From: Pseudomonadota bacterium
GTDB lineage: Bacteria; Pseudomonadota; Gammaproteobacteria; Steroidobacterales; Steroidobacteraceae
DNA: 64,000 bases
Direction: 5' to 3'
Assembly (NCBI GenBank): GCA_963204835.1
Contig: CAUJHJ010000007.1
Span: 23,762-87,761, forward strand
Position 1 is the first letter of the stretch. Every line of letters begins with the position of its first letter. A program made the translations under genes and the position numbers. Below are positions 1-8,600 of the stretch, piece after piece. The notes beneath the pieces are model-generated. The model worked only from the letters and a program-made list of their open reading frames with translations. It did not search any database and was not told the origin of the DNA.

Positions 1-817
1 GTCCTACGGCACCGCCTTCGACATCGACACCGCGGTCAACCAGTTCTTCGCGCAGGATCGCATGAGCTTCGGGCGACACGGCCTGCTCGCGGCGGTCGGC
101 CTCGTGGACCACGAGACGTTCGGCGAGGAGTTCACCTGGAACGCCGAGTACAGCCTCACGCTGCCGGCGGCGACGCGGCTCACGATCGGCGCGGGCCGCG
201 CCTTCCGCGCGCCCGACAGCACGGACCGTTTCGGCTTCGGCGGCAACCCCGACCTCTCGCCGGAGATCTCGCGGCAGGTCGAGATCGGCTTGCGCCAGCC
301 GTTCGGCACGGGCCACAGCGTCTACGCGAACGCCTGGCGCAACGACCTCGACGACCTGATCCTGTTCGTGTTCGATCCGGTGACGTTCGCGGGGCGCAAT
401 GAAAACGTCGAACGGGCGCGCATCGAGGGCGTCGAGTTCGGCTACGAATTCCGCGGCAGGGCCTGGCACGTGCGCGCGGAGGCGACCCTGCAGGATCCGC
501 GCAATCGCGACACGGGCGAGCGCCTGCTGCGCCGCGCGCGCGAAAGCTACGTGCTCGCCGTCGAGCGCGTGGCCGGGCGGCTCGCGTTCGGCGCCGATGT
601 GACATATGCCGGCAACCGGATCGACGCCGCGTTCCCGGCGAACGCGAGGCTCGGCAGCTACACGCTGGTCAATGCCACGGCGCGCCTCGCGGTAACCGGG
701 CGCTGGTCGGTCCAGGCGCGCCTCGACAACGCGTTCGGCGAGGACTACACGCTCGTCTACGGCTACCGCACGAGCGGCCGCGGCTTCACGCTGGCGACCC
801 GCTTTGCATTCCAGTAG
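1..817 (+). CDS. TonB-dependent outer-membrane receptor, C-terminal part (BtuB-like); 5' end lies outside the window
   Basis: The frame is open from nt 2 (SYGTAFDIDTAVNQFF...). Beta-barrel-type sequence ends ...GYRTSGRGFTLATRFAFQ. A cobalamin adenosyltransferase gene follows immediately. Confidence 0.8.
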   Translation, partial: SYGTAFDIDTAVNQFFAQDRMSFGRHGLLAAVGLVDHETFGEEFTWNAEYSLTLPAATRLTIGAGRAFRAPDSTDRFGFGGNPDLSPEISRQVEIGLRQPFGTGHSVYANAWRNDLDDLILFVFDPVTFAGRNENVERARIEGVEFGYEFRGRAWHVRAEATLQDPRNRDTGERLLRRARESYVLAVERVAGRLAFGADVTYAGNRIDAAFPANARLGSYTLVNATARLAVTGRWSVQARLDNAFGEDYTLVYGYRTSGRGFTLATRFAFQ

Positions 818-828
818 CGTTGGGAGGC

Positions 829-1383
829 ATGGGAAACCGCCTCTCCAAGATCTACACCCGCACGGGGGATGACGGCACGACAGGCCTCGGCGACGGCACG
901 CGCGTCCCGAAGGACGATGCCCGCGTCGAGGCCTACGGCACCGTCGACGAGACGAACAGCACCATCGGGGTGGTGCTCGCGCACGCGGCGGTGCCGGACG
1001 AAGTCCGGCGCTGCCTCATCGAGGTGCAGCACGACCTGTTCGATCTCGGCGGCGAGCTGTGCATCCCCGGCTCGCGCGTCATCACCGACGAGCACACCGC
1101 GCGGCTCGAGAACGACCTCGACCGCTTCAACGAGGACCTGCCGCGCCTGAAGGAATTCATCCTGCCGGGCGGCGGACCGGCGGCGGCGGCCTGCCACGTC
1201 GCGCGCACCGTCTGCCGGCGCGCGGAGCGGCAGGTCTGGACGCTCGCCGACGGTGACCACGTCGCCTTCGAAGTGCCCCGCTACCTCAACCGCCTCTCCG
1301 ACCTGCTGTTCGTGGTCGCGCGCGTGCTGGCGCGCGCCGAGAGCGGCAGCGAGGTGCTGTGGCGGCACGACCGCGGCCGCTGA
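829..1383 (+). CDS. ATP:cob(I)alamin adenosyltransferase, PduO type
   Basis: N-terminus MGNRLSKIYTRTGDDGTTGL...RVEAYGTVDETNSTIG is the PduO/MMAB signature. A TTG at 820 is an alternative start, because GGGAGG sits very close to the ATG at 829. Confidence 0.85.
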   Translation: MGNRLSKIYTRTGDDGTTGLGDGTRVPKDDARVEAYGTVDETNSTIGVVLAHAAVPDEVRRCLIEVQHDLFDLGGELCIPGSRVITDEHTARLENDLDRFNEDLPRLKEFILPGGGPAAAACHVARTVCRRAERQVWTLADGDHVAFEVPRYLNRLSDLLFVVARVLARAESGSEVLWRHDRGR

Positions 1384-1389
1384 CGTCGT

Positions 1390-2226
1390 TCAGGCGAGCC
1401 GCAGGAAGCGCTCGATCACCCCGACGTATTCCTCTGCCCTTGCCGGGTCGAGCAGCGGGTGAGCCCCCGCGAATACATGCTGCTGCACGTCGCGAACCGC
1501 CGCGAGCACCGCGGCGTGCATCGGGCGCAGCGGTTCCGTGTCCGCGCTGAGCGCCAGCACCGGCAGAGCGAGCAAGGGCAGCCGCGCGCGCATGTCGTAG
1601 GCACCGAGTGCCGCTTTCGGCTTGAGGCCTGTCTCGAGGTAGTCGCACAGGTAGGCGTAGAGGACCGGCAGGCTGTCCTCCGTGACGCGGAACCGGTCGT
1701 CCCATTGCGCAAGCGAACGCTCGATCATGTCCCAGGCAAACGTCTTGTGGGTGCCGCTCTCCGCAAGCCGCGGGGACAGGCCCGCGAAACTCGTGAACAA
1801 GGCCGCACGCTCAGCGGGCGTCCAGGCCGGCGAACCGTCGAGCACGAGTCGGGCGATGCCGGCGGGTTCCGCGATCGCAAGCTCCGCGGCGATCGCCGCC
1901 GACAGGTGCCCGCCGACGACGTGCGCGGGCCATGCCTCGAGCGCGCGCAGGGTTTCGCCCAGGTTGCGGGCGTGGTCGGCAATGCTCCAGCCGGCATCGT
2001 GCTTGTCGGAGCGCCCGTAGCCGTAGACATCCGGGGCGAGCGCGCGAAAGCCGCGCGCGGCGAACAGCGGCAGCAGGTGCTCATACATGCGCCCCGACGC
2101 GGGCGCCCAGTGCAGCAGGATGAGCGGCGGGCCCTCGCCGCAACTGCGAAAATGCACCTGGCCGGCGCTCGTGTCACAGTAACCGCGGCGCACGCGCGCC
2201 GCGGCGGCACCCGCGCCGCCACTCAC
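1390..2226 (-). CDS. alpha/beta-fold hydrolase
   Basis: PLILLHWAPASGRMYE...VVGGHLSAAIA (nucleophile-elbow-like G-H-L-S-A). The GTG start at 2226 forms a GTGA overlap with the ampD stop. The track ORF (to 2628) is an over-extension into ampD. Confidence 0.75.
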   Translation of the reverse strand: MSGGAGAAAARVRRGYCDTSAGQVHFRSCGEGPPLILLHWAPASGRMYEHLLPLFAARGFRALAPDVYGYGRSDKHDAGWSIADHARNLGETLRALEAWPAHVVGGHLSAAIAAELAIAEPAGIARLVLDGSPAWTPAERAALFTSFAGLSPRLAESGTHKTFAWDMIERSLAQWDDRFRVTEDSLPVLYAYLCDYLETGLKPKAALGAYDMRARLPLLALPVLALSADTEPLRPMHAAVLAAVRDVQQHVFAGAHPLLDPARAEEYVGVIERFLRLA

Positions 2227-2777
2227 GCAAGCAGCCCGTGCAGCCGCGCCCAGTCGAAGGCTGGGCCCGGGTCGGTCTTGCGTCCCGGCGCGATGTCGCT
2301 GTGGCCGGCAATGCGCTCGCGCGCGAGCGACGGGTAGCTCGCGAGCAGGGTGCGCACCAGCGCCGCGAGCGCCGCGTACTGCGCCGCTTCGTAGGGCAGC
2401 TCGTCCGTCCCCTCGAGTTCGATGCCGATCGAAAAGTCGTTGCAGCCGGCACGGCCGCAATACTCCGACGCGCCCGCGTGCCAGGCGCGCTGCGTGAATG
2501 GCACGTACTGGGTCACGCTGCCGTCGCGCCGCACGAGCGCGTGTGCCGAGACGCGCGCGCCCTTGATGGTCTCGAAGTACGGATGCGCGGCTGCCGGCAG
2601 CGTGCCCGTGAACAGCGCATCGATCCACGGCCCGCCGAAATCACCAGGCGGCAAGCTGATGCCGTGCACGACGATGAGCTCGGGTGCGGCGCCGGCGGGG
2701 CGCGGGTCGAAATGCGGTGACAGCACCTGCCGGACGCCCTTAAGGAGACCGGTGGCGGAGTCGATGTCGAGCGGCAT
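2223..2777 (-). CDS. ampD: 1,6-anhydro-N-acetylmuramyl-L-alanine amidase
   Basis: MPLDIDSATGLL...SPHFDPRP...IVVHGISLPPG...AWHAGAS...HSDIAPGRKTDPGPAFDW are typical AmpD/amidase_2 motifs. Start taken at the second Met of the ORF. Confidence 0.9.
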   Translation of the reverse strand: MPLDIDSATGLLKGVRQVLSPHFDPRPAGAAPELIVVHGISLPPGDFGGPWIDALFTGTLPAAAHPYFETIKGARVSAHALVRRDGSVTQYVPFTQRAWHAGASEYCGRAGCNDFSIGIELEGTDELPYEAAQYAALAALVRTLLASYPSLARERIAGHSDIAPGRKTDPGPAFDWARLHGLLA

Positions 2778-2802
2778 GGATCGATCATGCCACAATCGGT
2801 GC

Positions 2803-3582
2803 ATGCGACAGGTGCGTGTCTATTCCGGCGAGCCCCTCGCGGCACACAGTGAACAGCGGCTATCGCGCGGCGCCACCGAACACGTGCTGCGCGTCCTGCG
2901 GATGCGCGCCGGCGAGGCGCTCACGCTGTTCGACGGGCGGGGCGGCGAGTACCCGGCGCAGCTGCTGCGTACGGAAAAGGTGTCGGCCGTCGTGGCAGTC
3001 GGCGAGCATCATGCGATCGAGCGCGAATCGCCGCTTTCGATCACGCTGCTGCAGAGCCTCGCGCGCGGCGAGAAGATGGACTGGATCGTGCAGAAGGCGA
3101 CCGAACTCGGCGTGGCGCGCATCGTGCCGGTTGCGGCTGGGCGCAGCGTGGTACGCGTCGCGGACGACGGACGCATGGATCGCAGGCGCGAACACTGGCT
3201 CGCGGTGGCGGCCGGTGCTTGCGAGCAGTGCGGGCGCAATCGGCTGCCGGCCATCGAGGCGCCCATGGACCTGCCGGCCGCCCTCGCAAGCCTCGATCAG
3301 GCCAGCCTGCGCCTCATGCTGTCACCCGATGCGCAGGACACGCTCGCGATGCTCGCGCGCCTGCCGTTGGCGACAGGCAGGCCGCTGCGGGCTATCGCCG
3401 TGCTGATCGGTCCCGAAGGCGGCTTCGAACAGGACGAGGCCGCCGCCGCAGAGCGCGAGGGCTTTCGCCCTGCGCGCTTCGGGCCGCGTATTCTGCGCAC
3501 CGAGACGGCTGCGATTGCGGCGATCGCAGCCTTGCAGGCGTTGGCGGGCGACCTCGGCGGTGCTACGGCCGATAGCGGCTGA
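2803..3582 (+). CDS. rsmE: 16S rRNA (uracil1498-N3)-methyltransferase
   Basis: MRQVRVY...HVLRVLRMRAGE...LLQSLARGEKMDWIVQKATELGV...IGPEGGF...RFGPRILRTETA. The ATG at 2803 was checked in the sequence. The upstream part of the track ORF is antisense to ampD. Confidence 0.9.
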   Translation: MRQVRVYSGEPLAAHSEQRLSRGATEHVLRVLRMRAGEALTLFDGRGGEYPAQLLRTEKVSAVVAVGEHHAIERESPLSITLLQSLARGEKMDWIVQKATELGVARIVPVAAGRSVVRVADDGRMDRRREHWLAVAAGACEQCGRNRLPAIEAPMDLPAALASLDQASLRLMLSPDAQDTLAMLARLPLATGRPLRAIAVLIGPEGGFEQDEAAAAEREGFRPARFGPRILRTETAAIAAIAALQALAGDLGGATADSG

Positions 3583-4060
3583 AGACGTAGTCGCTCGCCT
3601 TCTGTGGCGCGTGGCAGCTGAAGCAGGCCGTCGCCGCCTGGTTGCCCACCGCGCGCTCGGTCTTGCTGTCGCCGGCGAAGCCCTCGAAGCCCCAGCCTCC
3701 CGTGGTCGCGTACTTCCTCGCGTCCCGGTGCATCACGCCGACGACCTTGCGCTTGCCCTCCGTGACCGCATGGTCGGCGGTCTGCGCCTCGAGCAGGTCG
3801 AACACGATCACCGCGCCGTCGGGGAAGTGGCCGCTTTCGTAGCCCTTCATCGCCTTGTCGTTCGCGTAAAGGTGATGGATGCCGCCGAACGAGGCGTGCA
3901 ACGCGTGGCCGGGCTCGATCACCATGCTCTTCACGTGCCGCCAGGCGCGATATCCGTCCGGATAGGGTACGGCGGCCCCATCGGCACTGATGGCGGCACC
4001 GGCGACGATGGCGGCAACGACGGCGGCACCCGCCGCGAAACAACGCATGTTCATCGGCAT
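3563..4060 (-). CDS. cytochrome P460 / cytochrome c'-beta family protein (exported)
   Basis: Signal peptide MPMNMRCFAAGAAVVAAIVAGAAISA. C-terminal haem motif CFSCH. The overall length and motif layout match the P460 family. Confidence 0.8.
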   Translation of the reverse strand: MPMNMRCFAAGAAVVAAIVAGAAISADGAAVPYPDGYRAWRHVKSMVIEPGHALHASFGGIHHLYANDKAMKGYESGHFPDGAVIVFDLLEAQTADHAVTEGKRKVVGVMHRDARKYATTGGWGFEGFAGDSKTERAVGNQAATACFSCHAPQKASDYVFSRYRP

Positions 4061-4171
4061 TCTCCCCCCAGGCTGGCCACGAGCGGCCGTGCGCGTGACA
4101 ATCTAGGCAGGATCGCGCGGCGGCAGAAGTCCGCACGAGACGGTGCCTTGCTTACCTTTCGGTGCAAATTG

Positions 4172-4513
4172 ATGCCAGCCATCGGAAAAAAAAGATCGTC
4201 GTCGGGCAGCCGGCCGCCGGCCGCGCGCATGGTCGAGGACATCGTCGGCTGCAAGTGGTCGCTGATCGTGCTCGACCTCGTGACCCGCGGCGTCGCGCGG
4301 CCCGGCGCGATGCAGCGCGAGGTGCCGGGCCTCACCGCGAAGGTGCTGAACGAGCGGCTGCGCAAGCTGATCCGCTTCGGTCTCGTCGAACGCGAGGTGT
4401 TTGCGGAAGTGCCGCCGCACGTCGAGTACCGCCTGACCGCGCTCGGCCGGCGCTTCGGCGACATCCTCGAGCGCATCGGCGCGCTCGACCGTGACCTCGG
4501 CGCGGGGACCTGA
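4172..4513 (+). CDS. HxlR-family transcriptional regulator
   Basis: IVGCKWSLIVLDLV...REVPGLTAKVLNERLRKLIRFGLVEREVFAEVPPHVEYRLT is the HxlR wHTH signature. ATG at 4172, with an alternative Met at 4229. Confidence 0.85.
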   Translation: MPAIGKKRSSSGSRPPAARMVEDIVGCKWSLIVLDLVTRGVARPGAMQREVPGLTAKVLNERLRKLIRFGLVEREVFAEVPPHVEYRLTALGRRFGDILERIGALDRDLGAGT

Positions 4514-4516
4514 CCA

Positions 4517-5191
4517 GTGACGTCCTATCGGGTGGCGCGGGGCGAGATCGGCTATTTTCACAGCGAACGGGGCCTCACCGGGCACGAGGCCTTCACGATG
4601 ACGTCGGCGGCCGATGGCAGCCGCACGGTGCGCGCACTGTGCCGGATGGACGATGGCGACCTGCTGCGCGACGTCACCTACACGGTCGACGCCGACTGGC
4701 GGCCGAGGCATGCGTTCGTGCAGCTGATGCTCGCGGGCCGCGCGGCCGGCGCGGGCTGGTTCAGGTTCGGGCGCGAGTCGATCGCGTTCGAAGGAGTGGG
4801 TGCGACAGGGGAACCACGCGGCGCGCTCGTGCCGGTATCGCCCGCGCCCGCGGTGTTCGCGCCGCACCCGCTGGTGATCGATGGCTGGCAATCCGCGGCC
4901 TTCGATCCAGCGGGACCGCCGCGGCAGGGTTATCACAGCGCGACCTGCTCGCTCGAGCCCAATGGCGGCTCGGCGCCCTTCCCGGCGTTGACGACCAAGG
5001 TGATGGAGTTCGTGGGGCGCGAGACCATCGAGGTCGAGGCCGGGCGCTTCGACTGCGATCACTTCCTTATCCATCCGCACCGCAAGGACTGGACGCCGCT
5101 CGAAATGTGGGTGAGCGGCCCGGACCGTATCCTCTGCCGCATGGACTGGGCGGTGCTCGACAGCTCCTACCGCCTGCTGCGCCTCGGCTAG
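4517..5191 (+). CDS. hypothetical protein, 224 aa, no family recognised
   Basis: GTG start 3 nt after the HxlR stop. High-GC third positions throughout. No motif recognised. Confidence 0.5.
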   Translation: MTSYRVARGEIGYFHSERGLTGHEAFTMTSAADGSRTVRALCRMDDGDLLRDVTYTVDADWRPRHAFVQLMLAGRAAGAGWFRFGRESIAFEGVGATGEPRGALVPVSPAPAVFAPHPLVIDGWQSAAFDPAGPPRQGYHSATCSLEPNGGSAPFPALTTKVMEFVGRETIEVEAGRFDCDHFLIHPHRKDWTPLEMWVSGPDRILCRMDWAVLDSSYRLLRLG

Positions 5192-5207
5192 GCCCGGGAA
5201 CCGGGAC

Positions 5208-5681
5208 CTATGCGGCGACGGAAGTCTCGTCCGCGATCATTTCCTCGAGCAATTCGAGGTCGGGCACGAGCGGCACTTCGTTGATCATGCGCACCTGGCA
5301 GATCACCGGGTGGCGCTCCGGGAATGAGCGCGTGTTGTCCGGACGCACGACATCGGAACTGACCCGCACGAGTTGCGGGAAACCCTGCGACACGAGGCCG
5401 AAGTAGCCGCCCTCGACACGCGATCCGATGCAGTGGAACACGACGATGCGGCTCCTGCCGGTGGCCGGCGGGATGCCCTGGCCGCAGGTGCCCTCGAAGC
5501 ACACGAGCGGGATGCTGCGCCCGTTCCACGGCACGGTGCCGAGGTACCAGGGCGGCGCACCGGTCATCTCGGCGGGCGGCTGGAAGCCGATGACCTCGGC
5601 CACGCAGGCACGCGGCACGATCAGGCGGCCATCGACCAGCGGGATGAGCAGGCTGTAGATCTCGCTGACGCGCTCGGCCAT
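5208..5681 (-). CDS. chpC: CheW-like coupling protein of the Pil-Chp system
   Basis: CheW-domain pattern (LLIPLVDGRLIVPRACVAEVI...WNGRSIPLVCF). Starts 3 nt after the chpA stop. Confidence 0.75.
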   Translation of the reverse strand: MAERVSEIYSLLIPLVDGRLIVPRACVAEVIGFQPPAEMTGAPPWYLGTVPWNGRSIPLVCFEGTCGQGIPPATGRSRIVVFHCIGSRVEGGYFGLVSQGFPQLVRVSSDVVRPDNTRSFPERHPVICQVRMINEVPLVPDLELLEEMIADETSVAA

Positions 5682-5684
5682 CGG

Positions 5685-8600
5685 TCAGTGCCTTCCGCCC
5701 GCGCCCGAAGCGGCGGCAGGTTCACGACGCCGCGAAACGAGCGGCTCGATGGCCTCGAGCAGCTGCGATTCCTGGTACGGCTTGCCGAGGTAATCGTCGA
5801 CGCCGATCTCGATGGCGCGCGCCCGGTGCTTGTCGCCGACGCGCGAGGTGATCATGATGATCGGGATATCCTTCAGCCGCTCGTCGTTGCGCACGTGCGC
5901 GGCGACTTCGTAGCCGTCCATGCGCGGCATCTCGATGTCGAGCAGGATGACATCCGGCTGGTGCTCCTGCAGCACCTCGATCGCATCGACGCCGTCGCGC
6001 GCCGTCAGCACGCGCATGCCGTTGCGCTCGAGCAGGCGCTGGGTCACGCGGCGCACGGTGATCGAGTCGTCGACGACGAGCGCGAGCGTGCGCTTGTCGG
6101 TGCGGTCGCGCGGCACCACGGCTTCGCCGCGGCCGCGCCATTCGGCGCGCACCAGGGCATTGATGTCGAGGATCACGACGATGCGGCCGTCGCCGAGGAT
6201 CGTGGCGCCCGAGATGCCGCGGATCGCGGCGATCTGCGGCCCGACGGACTTGACGACGATCTCGCGGCTGCCGATCAGCTCGTCCGCGACGAGGCCGGTC
6301 GAATGCTCGCCGGCGCGCACGAGGATCACCGGGATCGTCACGTCCTGTTCGGGCAGCGGCGAGGGCTCGAGGCCCACATAGGCCGCGAGGTGCTGGAAGC
6401 GGAACCGCTGGCCGTTGTGCTCGAAGGGCGGCGCATCGGGCCCGACGTGCGCGCCGACCTCGTCCTTCGTGAGGCGCACCACGCCTTCGACGGTCGGCAG
6501 CGGCAACGCATAGAACTCATCGCCCGTGCGCACCACGAGCGCGTGGCTGATCGCGAGCGTGAAGGGCAGGCGGATCGTGAAGGAGGTGCCTTCGCCCTCC
6601 TTTGTCTCCATGTGAAGGGCGCCGCCGAGCTTCTTGACGCTGTCGGCGACCACGTCCATGCCGACGCCGCGCCCCGAATGCTGCGTGACCTTGCCGGCCG
6701 TGGAGAAGCCCGGCTCGAGCACGAGCTGCATCACGTCGTCGTCGGCGAGCAGCTGGCCGGGGCGGATCAGCCCGAGCGCCTGGCCCTTGTCGCGGATCGC
6801 CTTGAGGTTCATGCCCGCGCCGTCATCGCTCAGCTGCACGATTACCTCGGCGCCCTCGCGGCGCAGCGCGAGGGTGATGCGGCCGGTGGCGGGTTTGCCG
6901 CGCGCTTCGCGCTCGGCCGGCGGCTCGATGCCGTGCGCGACGGCGTTGCGCAGGATGTGCTCGAAGGGCGGCAGCATGCGCTCGAGCACCTGCCGGTCGA
7001 GCTCGCCCGCGGCGCCCTCGACCAGCAGTTCCGCGCGCTTGCGCGTGTCGGAAGCCGCCTGGCGCACGATGCGCGCGAGGCGTTGCACGTGGCGCTGGAA
7101 CGGCACCATGCGCGTGCGCATCAGGCCGTTCTGCAGCTCGGTGATCGTGCGCGCCTGTTGCTGCAGCAGGTTCTGGGTGTCCTGGGTCAGCGTCTCGAGT
7201 AGCTGCTGGATGCTCGCGACGTCGCTCGCGGTCTCGGCGAGGCCGCGCGAGTATTGCTGGATCGTCGAATAGCGGTCGAGTTCGAGCGGGTCGAACTCGG
7301 CGCGATGGCCCGCCTCGTCCTCGTGCGTATGCAGGATCTGCGACTCGGTCTCGATCTCGAGCTTGCGCAGCTGTTCCTTCAGGCGGGTGACGGTACGCGA
7401 CAGTTCCGCGAGGTTGAAGTCGATCGAGGCGATCTGCTGCTCGAGACGCGCGCGCCCGATGCTGACTTCACCCGAGTAGTTGAGGAGCTGGTCGAGGAGG
7501 TCCGCATCGACGCGCGCCAGTTCCTGGCGCTCGCCATGCACGGACGGATCGCGGCCCGGCGGTACGGGCGCGGGCGGTGCGGGTGCATCCACCGCTCGGG
7601 CCGCATCCTGCGCCGGCCCGAATACGGGCGGCGGCGCGGGAGCCGGCACTGGCGCGGCTGCGGGCATCGCCACGGGCACGGGTGCATCGATGGGCTCCGC
7701 CGCCACCAACCCCGCTGCTGCGGGCTCGGGCACCGGCAATGAAATTTCGATCTCCTCGACCTGCACCGCGACTTGCGCGGCGAGCGGCCCGGGGACGATG
7801 GCCGGCGCTGGCGCACGTGCAGGATCGAGCGCGTGGATGCGCTCGATCAGTGCCGTCGCAGGCGGGACCGCTCGGTTGCCGACGATGGCATCGCGCATGT
7901 GGGCGATTTCGTCGAGGCTCGCGACCAGCACGGCCAGCACCGGATCATCCGCCGCGAGTGCGCCGAGCCCGATCTGGTTGACCAGCGTCTCGAGCTCGTG
8001 CGCGAGATCGCCCATCGCCAAGACACCCGCCATGCGCGCGCCGCCCTTGAGGGTGTGCAGGGGCCGCTTGAGGGCATCGAGGTGCGCGCCATTGCCGCGG
8101 TCGGCGCCCCAGGCCGAGAGCGCCCGCTCGGCGGCCTCGATGAGTTCGCCCGCCTCCTCGGCGAAAATGCCCGCGATCTCCGGATCGTAGTCCGCCGATA
8201 TCCCGGACGCCGGCGCGACCGGGGGCACCGGCGCGGGCTGGGGCGGCAGGCTGGCCGCCTGCTCGGCTTCCGCGGCCGCCACGGCCTCGGCAATCCGGTG
8301 GTCGAGTTCGGCTTCGGCCCGCGCGATGCGGGCACGCAGCAGGTCATGCGTCTGGAAGAAGCCGGTGGCCTCGTCGAGGTGACCCACCACGCCCTCCATC
8401 GCCTGCATGCAATCGGCCACGAGCGCGAGGTCCTGCGACGCGAGGCCAACGCCGCTGTCGAAGGACTTGCGCATCCAGTGGTCGAGCGGGCCGGCAAGCC
8501 GGATGCCATGGCGCGCGACCGCCGCCTTCGAGCTGCCGCTCAGGGTGTGGCAGGCGCGATAGACCTCCTCCGGGATGACATGCGGCGCCGCGCGCTCGCG

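Noticed and set aside
7480-8190. Apparent repetitiveness (Pro/Ala-rich codon runs) inside chpA, considered as a tandem repeat or CRISPR-like array.
   Set aside because: It is a low-complexity linker within an intact reading frame, with no regular repeat-spacer periodicity.
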